A stretch of DNA of 64,000 bases from Macrostomum hystrix (lineage: Eukaryota > Animalia > Platyhelminthes): positions 3,720,001 through 3,784,000 of the forward strand of contig CATNEN010000034.1 in NCBI GenBank assembly GCA_950097015.1, given 5' to 3'. This document shows positions 1-17,184 of the stretch, piece after piece (the stretch's first letter is position 1; every line of letters starts with the position of its first letter). The notes under the pieces were generated by a model. The model did not search any database, was not told the origin of the DNA, and saw nothing but the letters and a program-made list of their open reading frames with translations. A program made the translations under genes and the position numbers.

Positions 1-520
1 GGCCTACCATTGTCATTGAGACCAATGCAGCCTGTACAGCAATAGGCCTAGATAGTCCTATAATACGCAGTTTCAAGTTTCCACGCTTTCTATCCTTCGA
101 CATCAATCGTTAAACGTAAGGTTAGTAGCATAATACTCATACTATTCCAAAACGATTAACAATCCTAGATACTTAACTGCATAAACGCCATACAGTCTCA
201 AAGCTATTAAAACCGAAAACGAAGTAAATGACGGTTTGAAAAATTATTGCCGTATCGAAAAAACAAGTCAAACTGTTTTGTTATGCATGAACTTTTAAAT
301 AAGGAACTCAAAAAGTTAAATTTGTTTAATTAAAAGTTTTTTACTCAGCAAAAATTGTAAGTGGTAATCTTAAAAATTTTCAAATACACTTTGACTTTCA
401 TAGAACTTCAGATTCGGCTGAGCTTCATTTTCTGTATGCTGAAGTCTGATTTTATTAGTATTCATAAACGATTTTCAAAGAGGTACTGTGTGCTTAATTA
501 TATGAACTACTTTTATTTTA

Positions 521-6172
<5,652 letters not shown>

Positions 6173-8947
6173 TGGAGTTTTAAAGATTCAAATCTCATCG
6201 ATTTACAAAACTTTCTGCGCGAATCACTGATTTGATTTTTCGTTGGTTTTAGATTCGATATTTATTAACCTGTCTTACTAATAACTAAAGCAAAGGCTTT
6301 TTTAACTGAACCAATGCACTTTTTTTAGCAAAATACGCAAAGATCTTGCCTCAAATGAGCCTTTGCTTCAGTCGTTATTGTGAGTTAATGCAATCATTAT
6401 GCCACATTTATTTTCAATTTTCTCTATTAAGAGTTTTCTATATAACAGAACCTGAATTTTTATCGCGTTAATTTTTTTGAAAAACAAATTTCTCTTCCTT
6501 AAATATAAGTTTAATGAAATTTCATAAACAGTTCATTAGCCGAGGATCCGTCACGTGCTTGGGGTTGCCTGAAAGCTTTCTAAAAATAGCAACAACTCAA
6601 CAGTGTCACGAGACCGTCGTGCTTACACATGTTTTTGTACTCGAGTTGTCTTAGAATTGTCCTAGAATTGGCCTAAGTTGTATTAAACGATTAAACACAG
6701 CTTGTTTGAACTTATCCGTAATTTTTAGTTCTTTTGCGATTTTTTGTTCTATTTATAGCTTTGTGCTCATGATTTGATTGGTGTTTAATTTATAATACTG
6801 CTATGTACTAGATCGTCATAATTGTTTTTGTTTGCCGTCTCTTTGTGCTCAGTTAAAGTTTCAATCTATATTGTATATACTCTAGACTTCAACATATTTA
6901 TTGTAGGATCCGTTCTCAGTAGTATCAGCTGTGTCATAAGTGCTTACTGGCCGAGTTTGTATTAATTTTTATTACGAATGGCAATTTTTTTAAATTTCTA
7001 CTGTTCATATTATATTACTTATAGTAAGAAGCCTGTTCTCCAGCTCTAAAAGTCTCTCCTTGTCAGTTAGTTTACATACTCCTATTAACCGGTGCCCGAA
7101 ATTAGGAGTGAAAAACCTGTGTTCTTATCGATCGTATCGTATTACTAGCTAGACAACATCTGGCATATCGTATTGTAAAACCATAGATTTTCCCTTTTAA
7201 ATATAATAAATACTACCCATCAAGAATTCGTTTTTCAGTTACTTTAATCTTTCGGTGTCGTAATCAAGTTTAATGAATATTATTTGTATATTTAAATAAT
7301 AATTTGAAATGCATGTCGTTATATGTTACCTTAAACCTCCCTGGCTTGCTGTATAAGAAAAGTTGACAGAATCAGAACCGTGGTATTGCACCTTGCGCCA
7401 TCATAGCAAGTTAAATGCAATATCGCTAAACACTGCGAGCGTACATCTTTGATTATCAAGCTAACTCCCAAAATCAATTGGTAATTTCATTTTACCCTTG
7501 CATGTACTGTACACATGTACATCACGCAATAAGGGCAGCGTTGGTTGTTATTGGCTTATGAAAATTGGCTTTTACGGCTACAGTTGATTTGCAATATGGG
7601 AGTAACGTGAACGAGAATAATAATTTTTTCATGCATTAAATCATAAACGAAGTATGACGCAGCTACCTTGGCAGGTCAAATATTTAAGGTCAAATAATAA
7701 GCTAAATTAAACAAATGTCTTTGTGGTGTTCGGCATGTCTTTAATAAGGTCCTTAACTTTTAAGTAAAGCCCCTTCTTCGGTATCCCCCAATTACATAGT
7801 ACTAGAGACGCTAGAACTGTTAATGTAACTGCTTATTACAATTACAGTTTAAGTTTTATAGAAATTTGATATTTAAACTAAGAAAATTTTAAAGCTAGTA
7901 CCTAACCTAAACAAATATATGTGAACACAGTTTTACATAGTTAAAGCCATGTTTTATCCGCAAAAAATATATATATTAGCTATGGATATCATCTGTAAAT
8001 CTTTTGCTTAATTGCTAAAAATCATTCTTTCGATTGTTATACTTTGTGTTTCTAGTTTCAACATATAAATTTAATATTACATTCCGAATTATATTTTTAA
8101 TACAAAGATTTGCTATTTTTTGGGACTTCATTATTATTGATAGAATTACCTCGTTTTTGTTTTTAGACATCAGGTCTTTCAGCAGCTCTTTGAAATGTAC
8201 TACGAAAAGTCGTCTATGTATTTTCACCAGTCTTTTTTTGTCGAAATGTAGAAATAAAAATTTCTGATTGTTTTTTTGTTATGCTATATTATTGTTTCTA
8301 GCTTAAGTTAAGTGGTTGAATAATAGGCCTAATGTTTGTTAGGTGGAAAAAGATTTTTATTTTTCATCTGAATTGCAGCTTAAATGCAGTCTGTATTACA
8401 TAGATGTTTCAATCCGAAGAGTGTTGCTTGAATATGTGGAAAATGTTTAATTATTTCATCAGCAATATTTCAGCAATTATTACTGCAGTATTACAGCAGT
8501 TTAAATACTAATTTTTAGGCAGAAAAATACTGCTGTTAAATTTGTAGATATCTTTAGATGAAATGTCTGACATAAAAATAACCAGACAGTAATAATAATA
8601 ATAGTAACAATTAATAATAATAATAAATCAAACAAAAGTCATTGGAGAAACTTATAGTTAGGCCCTACCTTTATTTAAATAGACAATAAGTGGACTCATG
8701 AATGGTAGATCATATTTTAAGGCAGAAAGATGTTGTATACATTTCAGTTAAAAGAATCAGCAATAAGGAGAAAGCTTTATCATTCAAAAATATATATATA
8801 GAAAGTTGAAATGCCGTTAGTAAATAATTTTTTTAACTTTGTAGCACGGTCAACTATTTTTTTACTGTCACACAGTAGGCCGCTTTATTATAGCTATCAT
8901 GCTTCAGCTGCCATTTTTTTATATTTCAGCCGCCACTGCAGCCAGCC

Positions 8948-9358
8948 ATGTTTGACGTTGCTACCCCTGATTCTGCCATGGTAACGGTGGCAACATCATC
9001 CGATCCCAACCATCGACCGGACTTTCTTCTGACAGAGAATCCTAAAGAGTTCTGGATGTCCACCGGCCTGTTCCCCCAGGAGTTTGTCATCAGCTTCAAC
9101 GCCCAGATGGAGATAAGCAGCATCAGCCTCTCGCACGTCAACATTCAACACATGGAAGTGTACATGTGCAAGGAGCAGGACGGTGAGACCTTCGAAAGTC
9201 TTTGTGAAGAGGATCTCGACCAGACTGAAGGCAGCTTCAATACGGCCAGCATTCCGCTAAAGAAGAAGGTCAGCGTCTGGCATCTGCGATTCCTTATTAC
9301 TTCGGCCACTGATCATTTTGTTGCAGTGCAGAAAGTGAAAGTTGACGGTCGGGCCTGA
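8948..9358 (+). CDS. IFT25: Intraflagellar transport protein 25 (HSPB11), single coding exon
   Basis: 136-aa ORF with ATSSDPNHRP...EFWMSTGLFPQEFVISF and LRFLITSATDHFVAVQKVKVDG, recognisable as the IFT25/HSPB11 fold. A strong U-rich acceptor (TTTTTTTATATTTCAG) ends at 8929, 18 nt upstream of the ATG. Confidence 0.88.
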   Translation: MFDVATPDSAMVTVATSSDPNHRPDFLLTENPKEFWMSTGLFPQEFVISFNAQMEISSISLSHVNIQHMEVYMCKEQDGETFESLCEEDLDQTEGSFNTASIPLKKKVSVWHLRFLITSATDHFVAVQKVKVDGRA

Positions 9359-9944
9359 TTTCTCTCCGGATTTGTTTATCCATGGACCATGGATCAAGGA
9401 ATATTATTTTCTGCAATCTGTCACAATTAATTTGGGTTTATGTTTAAACAAATGTACTCTGTTCTGTTGCAGCTTATTAAATTTGCATGAAGGCAGTCAA
9501 TTGGAATGTTGCATCAGCACAGACAGCTTGACATATCAACGAAACTTAATTATATTCCATGTCTGTAGTAGTAATGTGACCCAGCTATTGTGCTCTGTCT
9601 AAAAGTATAATAAACTCACATTACCTTTATTTCTTTCATTTCGGTCAAGCAACAACACTAGCTGTTAAGTGACTAGCAAATATATAATAAAAATGACACA
9701 GGCCAAAATTACAAAACAATGCTGCATTCCTAGAGTTGCACGCATGAATAAAAATGATTGCAGTGTATAGATGAATTGAAAATATTATCTGGATTTATGT
9801 CATTATGTGTTGCTCCACATTTTCGGGTTGCATTCTGATTCTGAAATGAGGCCAATATACATGCTTGTGCTATGTGTTTGATGTTCAAGCATCTAGCTTG
9901 TAAAGTATAGAGCTTCTATATATTTAAAAAAATTATATTAGAGG

Positions 9945-11080
9945 CAGAATTCCGTACAGCCGCCGGCACTCGAGCCGACAGCTCGCCCACATGAGCGCCT
10001 ACTCGGGCTATCCACGAGTTTAAGGGCTAGACCGAAGGGCAAAAGGCGTGGCGCCAAACAAGCGAAGGGTTGGAGGGCTCCCGTCCCGTTGCCACGAGGT
10101 AAAGGCGCGTTATACAATTGACCGCTTCTCAAAACTCTCAGTGGTGGACAGATCCGACGGCTCTGTTGCTGAGAGCTCCGAAGAAACGCTTGAGCTCATG
10201 CTGTTACTGCACGAGGCGGTTAAGAACAGCCGCTTCCGAGATCTCCTGTCAACTTCTCCGACGTTGTGTGGAACTGCAGAGCTACATCCCAGAGACTTGG
10301 AGGAATTAAGACCCAAGTGGTCTTCATCACCAAGCCAGGAAAAGCAGACTATCACACGGTGAAGGCAGCTCACCTCCACCTGCCTGAAGCTCATTGAGAG
10401 GTTAGCCCTGGCCCCTGTGACGCCTTCTCTCAGTTGAGCTGAAGCGTTTTCCGATCTTGTCAAAACAGCACGCCTTCAGAGCGGGCAGGTCCACTGAGAG
10501 CGCTCGATCTGCACGTTTATTGTAGGGCAAATGGAGCGAGCAATTCTTGACAGTGGGTTGGCTCTGCTGTGTTTTCTGGACATTGAGGGAGCCTTTGACA
10601 ACGTCATTTTCGAGGCTTTCAGGAGAGCCCTGCAGAGGCAAGAGCCACCCACCCTCACCTAGTTCATGATCGAAACCCGTTCTGTTTGAGGCCCACCTAA
10701 ACGGATCGACCCGCTCCGTGCATGCCGGTTTGGAAAGGGCGGTGTCCTTAACCCGATCCTGTGGAATCTTGTCATGGACGAGTTGCTCCAAGACACGCAA
10801 CCGAACCCGGTCTTGAAGGTGGGGTATGCTGACGATGTTACTGCGATTTGCGCAGGCCCGTCGGCGGGAACCATCATACCTTCAGAGCTTCATCCTTCAG
10901 GCCGGAAGGCTTAGCGAACCAATGTGGGCAAAGGCTGTCTGAGCCCAAGACCATAGCGGTACGCAATTGTTTACGAGTAGGCTGCTCATGAAAATTAAGC
11001 CTCTCAACCTCTATGGCAAGAAAATCGGCATGTAAAAGCAGGTCCGGTGCCTATAGGTCTGCTTCTGGACCGAAAGCTTA
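9945..11080 (+). mobile_element. Decayed non-LTR retrotransposon (LINE) reverse-transcriptase fragment, R1/LOA-like
   Basis: Frameshifted RT motifs in order: KPGKADY, LTSTCLKLIERL, QHAFRAGRSTESA, FLDIEGAFDNV, GGVLNPILWNLVMDELL, GYADD, GLLLDRKL. No intact ORF; the boundaries are approximate. Confidence 0.8.
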
Positions 11081-11834
11081 AAATTATTTATTAACTACTT
11101 CACAAGACGTTCAAGCTTCATTTGGCAAAATAAAAAAATTCATTATGCAATTGTAAAAAAACTAGTACTGAAAGTCTAAAGTTGGGCTCATTATTAAGAA
11201 TTAATAGCGATAAAATAACTGTAAAAATATTGTCAGTGAATTGAATCTTTATAAGTAAAGAAAATCGTATGAAGATAAAATTGTCATGTACAAAACTTTG
11301 TAACATCCAGTAGAGTTATAGAGTAGAGTTGCTCTACATCCAGTAGAGCAACACGCTATAGGCAAGATATCAAAAGAACAGCTTTACATTTGCTTCCAAT
11401 CAAAAGCTGTCACCATTTAAATCGAAAGAGTGAAAAATTTGTATCTCCGTAGTGTATTTTTCCCCCGAAAACCAGCCCTTAATTTTTTTCTAAGAAACAA
11501 AGGTTCCCGCGCCCTTTTACTCCTATAGTGGTCCTAATTGCTTCCAGCACGATCGTCAGCTTCCGCAGCTAAGATTTCCTGTGCAGCTGTACGAAGATCA
11601 ATTGTTTTACGAGGTGCATTCAAAAAGTTCTTTTCGGAGCTCAGCAAAAATTAACAAAAAACGTATGGAACAATGAAAACATATGGTTAGGTTATTCAAT
11701 GTCATTCGGTCACTCAACATATTCACCGCCAATGTCCTTGCACTTCTGCCAGCGATGCACCAGACCTCTGATGTGCTCGACGCTGTCGAATCGAATGCTC
11801 CGAAGGTGCTTCTACACAGATGGGAATAGGAAGA

Positions 11835-12022
11835 CTTCGCTGTCCTGTCATTCCACAAAAATATCATGAACATTGCTATACTGTACATTGATCCTTTAGT
11901 CCTTTTATATATTTTCAATAACTGATTTTGTCGTCTACACAGTATTTAATAGGTTGAAATAAATTCTGTTCGATAGTGCCTGAAGATGGCTAGTTTTAGC
12001 CGAAACGCGTCGCAAATAATAC
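11835..12022 (+). mobile_element. 188-bp retro-insertion (Penelope-like/retrozyme-type fragment) flanked by a 14-bp target-site duplication
   Basis: TGGGAATAGGAAGA occurs at 11821-11834 and 12023-12036. Removing one copy plus the insert restores the mariner FFLFP coding segment. The insert carries a hammerhead motif near its 3' end. Confidence 0.8.
11977..12014 (+). ncRNA. Candidate minimal type I hammerhead ribozyme
   Basis: Stem I UGC/GCA; core CUGAAGA (11980-11986) plus one extra U; stem II GGCUA-GUUU-UAGCC; GAAA; palindromic stem III ACGCGU; cleavage triplet GUC at 12009-12011. Confidence 0.7.
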
Positions 12023-13492
12023 TGGGAATAGGAAGAAGTCACAGGGTGACAAATCGGGCGAGTAGGGCGGACGAAAGAAAATTCTCTCCTTCTCGCTGGA
12101 AACGGCGCAGGTGGTTGGTGGCGGCCAGAGCACGTTGCATCTTCTGCTCACCTGTCAGCAAGTGTGGCACCCGCTTGCTGAATTTCTTCTGCAGGTTGAG
12201 ACGCTGTGTCAGAATGGTGTGCACACTGCCAACAGCCAACTGACACTCCGACATCTTCTGACAGCTCTTCGCAAGTCAGTCGCCGATCAGGTCGCCACTC
12301 CTGATCGCAATTCAGGAGCTCCTGCACTTTCTTTACCACCGTCTCGTTGGTGGCATGCAGTCATCGGTCTTCCAGAGCGGTCGTTGTCCTCGACGCTCTC
12401 TCTCAGCGAACAACCGGAACTACTTTCGAACAGTCTGTACAGTTGGTGCACTGTCACCAAACACTTGCTGAAGCTCTCTAAACATCTCCGGAGGTTTCTT
12501 TCCTTGCAGGAATTGGAACTTCATCAAGCTACGAACGTCTTGCTTTGAAAAATTATGCCATGGCCAAGAAATAGAAGGGCAGCTTAAAAAATTGCTTGTA
12601 GCTCAGACACAGTCACCAGCTAATGCTTAAAAACTCAGGAAGGTTTAGGCCATAAACTTAACTTGCAGCATTCAAAAACAAAACATTTTGTTCTGTGTGT
12701 CATTTACAAAACAATGCCAAAGGACCGAAAAAAACTTTTTGAATGCACCTCGTACTCGCGGAAATAGTCATAGACAGTAATTACAACTGCTCTTATTGAA
12801 CTTAGGGACTTAGGACTTATAAGCTGAAAAGGTCGGAATTTTCGTTCAAATGATTAGAGAACTGTTTATGTATACAAATTAATGTAGCTGCATGTAGAGC
12901 AATAGTTAATTCATGAAATATCTGGTCGACAAAAGTCCCTTTTAAACTTAGACAATGGGATCCATTAGATTTTGTTTCCCGAGTACACTACCAATCCCTC
13001 AGCTCCCGAGCTGCTTATATTCTGCAAACAGGTCTCCCTTGTGGCACGGAAAGCTAAAATAACACAGAAAAGCACGCCACGAAAAATTGGCAGACTCTTG
13101 TTTCTTTTCCTTTTGTACAAAAGTTTTTTAAGCGGCACCTTTAATGAAACTCTACGGTAAATGAATATTTAAATGAATAGCGGCACCTTTAGAAACCACA
13201 GAATATAGTAAGCCAAACTTTAGCAAACCTAATCCAAGTGAATGTCTTGTTTTAGTGCTTTCCTTAAAATAGGCACTAAATCGAACTAGCAAATAATTTC
13301 TTAATCAACTCTTACAAGCTTAATAAAAAATTAATGGTGCGGGAATAGCAGGAATCTTTAAATAATTTTATCACCAGTCATATTAGCATTTTCACTGCCC
13401 TGCAAGTTTTACTTACTGGTTCTATTTCTTAACTTCAAATTTCATATTTAACAGTTGACGTAGCTATACTGTGCAGTTAGCTGCCTAGAAAA

Positions 13493-16443
13493 ATGTCTCT
13501 TAGCTTGGCACTTTGCCTTAGTAAGGTTTCTAGCAAGTCTATTGCTGGATGCAGTCTGGCTCGTTACAAAATTCTGAGGCTTATGTCACCCGCTGTAGCT
13601 GCACGACAGGCATCATGTAAGTACCCAACAGTCATGGTAAACCATGTGCTAGTGCTAGACTGCTAGTGAATGCTGATACAGCCATACATGATAGCTAGTG
13701 ATTGCTTCCATTTAATGATAAATTACTGTTATAGCTTAAAAAAATATTGTTGTGACCCTTTTAGGCCTACTTTACTGTGGCTTTTTAGTCAAGAAGAAAA
13801 TTAACTTATATATTGTTATTAGGCCCTATTAATATAATATTGTAGTGCGTTGCCGAGTTGGCTACACTAATGAGTTCGTGTTTTTTGAGTTTGCAAAAAG
13901 GTGTGAGGGCTCTGTGCCCAAGACAAAGAGCCTTATAAAGGCCAGCATGACTTCTCCCCATATATCCAACCCACTCAGGATCGCAAACCAATGCAACTGT
14001 ATGATATGAGCAGTATACATGCGCAACCTCCCAAATCTTAGCCAGCTGTGCAACTTAGTTTTTGCTCTCATTTGTGACTTAGTTTGTTTCATTGCTCTAT
14101 TTATGACTTAGTTTGCTCTTATTTGCTCTCTTTTTCTCTCCCCTTTTTCCTTTTCTTCACGCCTTCCTTTTTTGTCCCTTGGTCCTCCCTTTGATTTTTT
14201 TGCACTTGGTCAATTGGTTTTTGCGACTTACCTTGCTTGGCCCTCGTTTCACCCAGCCAGTTCGGCCGGGTCAGCCGGGTGTTGCGCATGTATGATGAGC
14301 AGGGGTGACACATCCACCTAGACAGTGGTATGATGTCTGGGGCTGGCTGTCTGGGGTAGAATGCACTCTCCGCCACAATATTATATTATATATATCATAC
14401 ATGCGCAACACCTGGCCGACCCAGCCAAACCGGCTGGGTGAAACAAGGGCCAAGCAAGGTAAGTGGCAAAAACCAATCAACCAAGCGCAAAAAAATCAAA
14501 GGGGCGACCAAGGGACAAAAAAGGAAGGCGTGAAGAAAAGGAAAAAGGGGAGAGAAAAAGAGAGCAAGTGAGAGCAAACTAAGTCGTAAATAGAGCAATG
14601 AAACCAACTAAGTCGCAAATGAGAGCAAAAACTAAGTCGCACGGCCGGCTAAGATTTAGGAGGTTGCACATGTATGATATATATTATATATAGTTATACT
14701 TATAGGCACTAGATTAAGTAGTCTATAATATATATTTTGACAGCACTACTTAGTTATCTACTGGTATATTAAATTTAAATGTTTAAAATCTTTAAATTGA
14801 TTTTGAATCAATAAAACTTATACATTATCATGTTTTTTGCTAAAAAATATAATAGTCTGGGTTTTTGCTCTCAAGGTTTGATTTTGTACAGAAGGTGCTA
14901 TTTCAAAAGTGATAACAAATTTGGTAATTGGGATAGGCCTGATAGGGTCAATATTTATTTTGCAAAGTTTATACATAAAAATCAATAATAGTATATATTA
15001 GTATATAGAGATAACCTAAGCTTTAAATTTAAGCCATATCATAAGATTCATAAAACCCACAAGAATAGAAGTTGTTAGAACAATGTACATAAAATTTTGG
15101 CACTGAGTAGCCAAACTTAGTGCCAAAATTTTATGTATTAAATAATATAGCCCTATTATGCTTTGGTGTATTTTCTTTACTTTTGTCACAAGACAAATTG
15201 TATATTATACAACTGACTTTCTGCCTCTAAAATATATGTTTTAATCATATTTGTGACTATAATATGATTAGCAAATGGGCATCTCATTAATTAGAAACAA
15301 ACTTAAAATAGCGAAGTTTAATTGATCATTGCATAGGTCAGCCAGATTCAGAATCTTAGTAGTTTATCCTTTATAAAAATATAAATAATTATAGGAGGGC
15401 TGCAGGCAGTGGCACATCATTTAGTGACACTAGACTTGCAGCCAGCAAGGAGGCAATCCTGCCCATTTTGCTGATTCCTGAGCACACACAGATACTGTAC
15501 ACAGGCATATGCTCACACAGGTGTGTACATCAGCCCTGACTTTCTCTTTGTCAGGCAGTGTATATTTCACTGTGCCTTGGAGGTTGGCCCTCAAGGGCAT
15601 AAATTCCACAAATCAAACTTAGGGACCGTGGTGCAAGAGGCAAATGCAATAATGGCTGTCACCGACACCGACCCCCAGATTATCCTATTAGTTGATCCAC
15701 ACAGATTTAGAAGATTTTTTATCCTGTGGGCATAGGCTCTTTAGCCCAAGAAAACCGTGCTGTCCAATTTACATCTGCAATGGTCAGCACCCACAATATT
15801 TTTCACTGCCTAGCACAAAGTAAAATCTGATTTACAAATTTGTGCATATGCCTGTGTGTGCTCAAATGTTTAAAGCAGAATGGGCAGAGTTGCATCGGCT
15901 ATAAAAAAACCAGTAAATGATATATATTGAAATTGAAATGTTTTTTACATTCTAATCTGCTATCACACCAACCCTTTCTAACAACAATGCCAAGACTGGA
16001 ATCATGACTGGAAGCCTGGCCCATATCCGCGTACACCAGAGGAGCGGGAGCGCGCCGCCAAGCGCTATGGCCTGCTGCCCGAGGACTACGAGCCGTTCCC
16101 GGACGACGGCAATGCGCCCGGCGATTATCCCAACCTGCCGGCTTTTTCAGCCCACAATCGCGACCAGTTTTCCTACTTTGAGCATCGCCAGCTTACTAGA
16201 CACTTCGCCGAGCCCATGCACCTTCAGGCCGAGCTCTACCGCCTAGGCCTCTACGATCCGCACAGCTACGAGTTCCCAGCTTACTGGAGGAAGCTCGTCA
16301 AGATATTGGTAGCCCTCTTTAGCTTTTATGGCATTTTATGGCTAGGCTCTCACTTTGCCTATCATCCGGCAGTCATGGCTAAACAGTTTCCCTACGATAA
16401 GAAGGGCCAGAAGCACTACCTGTTTGAGTCGGTGGACGAGTGA
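13493..16443 (+). CDS. NDUFB8: NADH dehydrogenase (ubiquinone) 1 beta subcomplex subunit 8, 2 coding exons
   Basis: Exon 1 13493-13616 encodes a transit-peptide-like MSLSLAL...ARQAS and ends at a GTAAGT donor. Exon 2 15995-16443 joins in phase 1, giving YWNHDWKPGPYPRTPEERERAAKRYGLLPEDYEPFPDDG...GDYP, a TM segment and KQFPY...HYLFE. Confidence 0.92.
14018..14290. mobile_element. 273-bp MITE-like element, copy 1 (NDUFB8 intron)
   Basis: Ends are CATGCGCAAC...GTTGCGCATG flanked by TA; no coding capacity. Confidence 0.65.
14400..14672. mobile_element. 273-bp MITE-like element, copy 2, inverted relative to copy 1
   Basis: Ends are CATGCGCAAC...GTTGCACATG in a TA-rich site; the body is a close reverse complement of 14018-14290. 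Confidence 0.65.
15408..15895. repeat. Dispersed repeat with an internal inverted repeat (NDUFB8 intron); related copy at 52915-53105
   Basis: 15408-15620 aligns by eye with 52915-53105 (GGCACATCATTT.GTGACACTAGACT.GCAGCC, CTGCCCATTT, CAGGTGTGTACATC, GTCAGGCAG). 15453-15512 is an imperfect inverted repeat of 15844-15893. Confidence 0.6.
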
Positions 16444-17184
16444 AGTTTTTTTTACTAAAATCATAAGGACTGAAATACAGATTTCCTATTCTTTATTTAC
16501 CAATAGGGTGTCCCACGCGATGAACTTTCTACAATGTATCGATCGCTTTGCTGTTTAACTTGTATTTTTAGTGACTGTCGTGTGTAAAAGATGTTAAATT
16601 TATTAGCTCCTGGCGCGCGTCTAACAAATAAATGAGCTATTAAAAACAAGTTGGTCTGTTAGTCGAAAGTTTGTTTTAATGGTTATGAAGCTTTAATTGT
16701 TTAGGTCATAGTAAACAGAATTGTAGAAATCTTGATTATATAATTTAATATAATGAGAAACGTTAGATCTAAATAAGACAGTGTCAACTTATGTAAACGA
16801 ATATACAAGACAGCAGTCTTTATTTCTTGAATAAAAAATAAAAATAAAAATAGTAGACAACTTCTAGGATGGCAAGTGTCGAATGAACATAGACAGCTAC
16901 TTCACGATACCAAAATGAAGAATAATGCTAAATTACAAAAAAACTGAAAAGCGTGTTAGATATAAAAATGGCAGCGTGCACATTTCTTCCCTACAGTCTT
17001 TCTTCAGTAGTCCGGATCTAAGAGTCCAAGCATCTAATAGACTGATTAATCTAATTTATGATCTGTACTAAAAGTCTAATGAAATAAGGGTATTGTATTT
17101 GTCCGTGATTCTGAATAATATAAGAAAAAACGATATAGTAATAATGATAGTTCTGTCGTTAAAACTCAGATTGTCTTGGAACCT

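Larger units (their letters stand above)
11610..12752 (-). mobile_element. Defective mariner (Tc1/mariner) transposon with internal deletions and a nested insertion
   Basis: TA-flanked TIRs: CGAGGTGCATTCAAAAAGTTCTTTTCGG at 11610 and the inverted copy ending at 12752. Minus-strand transposase remnants: SKQDVRSLMKFQFLQGKKPPEMFRELQQVFG, DNDRSGRP, KRVPHLLT, PDLSPCDFFLFP, RGLVHRWQKCKDIGGEYVE*. Contains stops and frameshifts, and the region between ENFLS and PDLSP is missing. Confidence 0.92.

Noticed and set aside
7402-7415. 14-nt match (CATAGCAAGTTAAA) to the S. pyogenes tracrRNA
   Set aside because: An isolated short match in AT-rich eukaryotic DNA, with no flanking tracr sequence or Cas9; best explained as chance.
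8015-8267. Short AT-rich ORFs here and at 1391, 11118, 12972, 38304, 46985, 47272 and 49679
   Set aside because: Low-complexity composition, no recognisable domains, and no consistent splice context.
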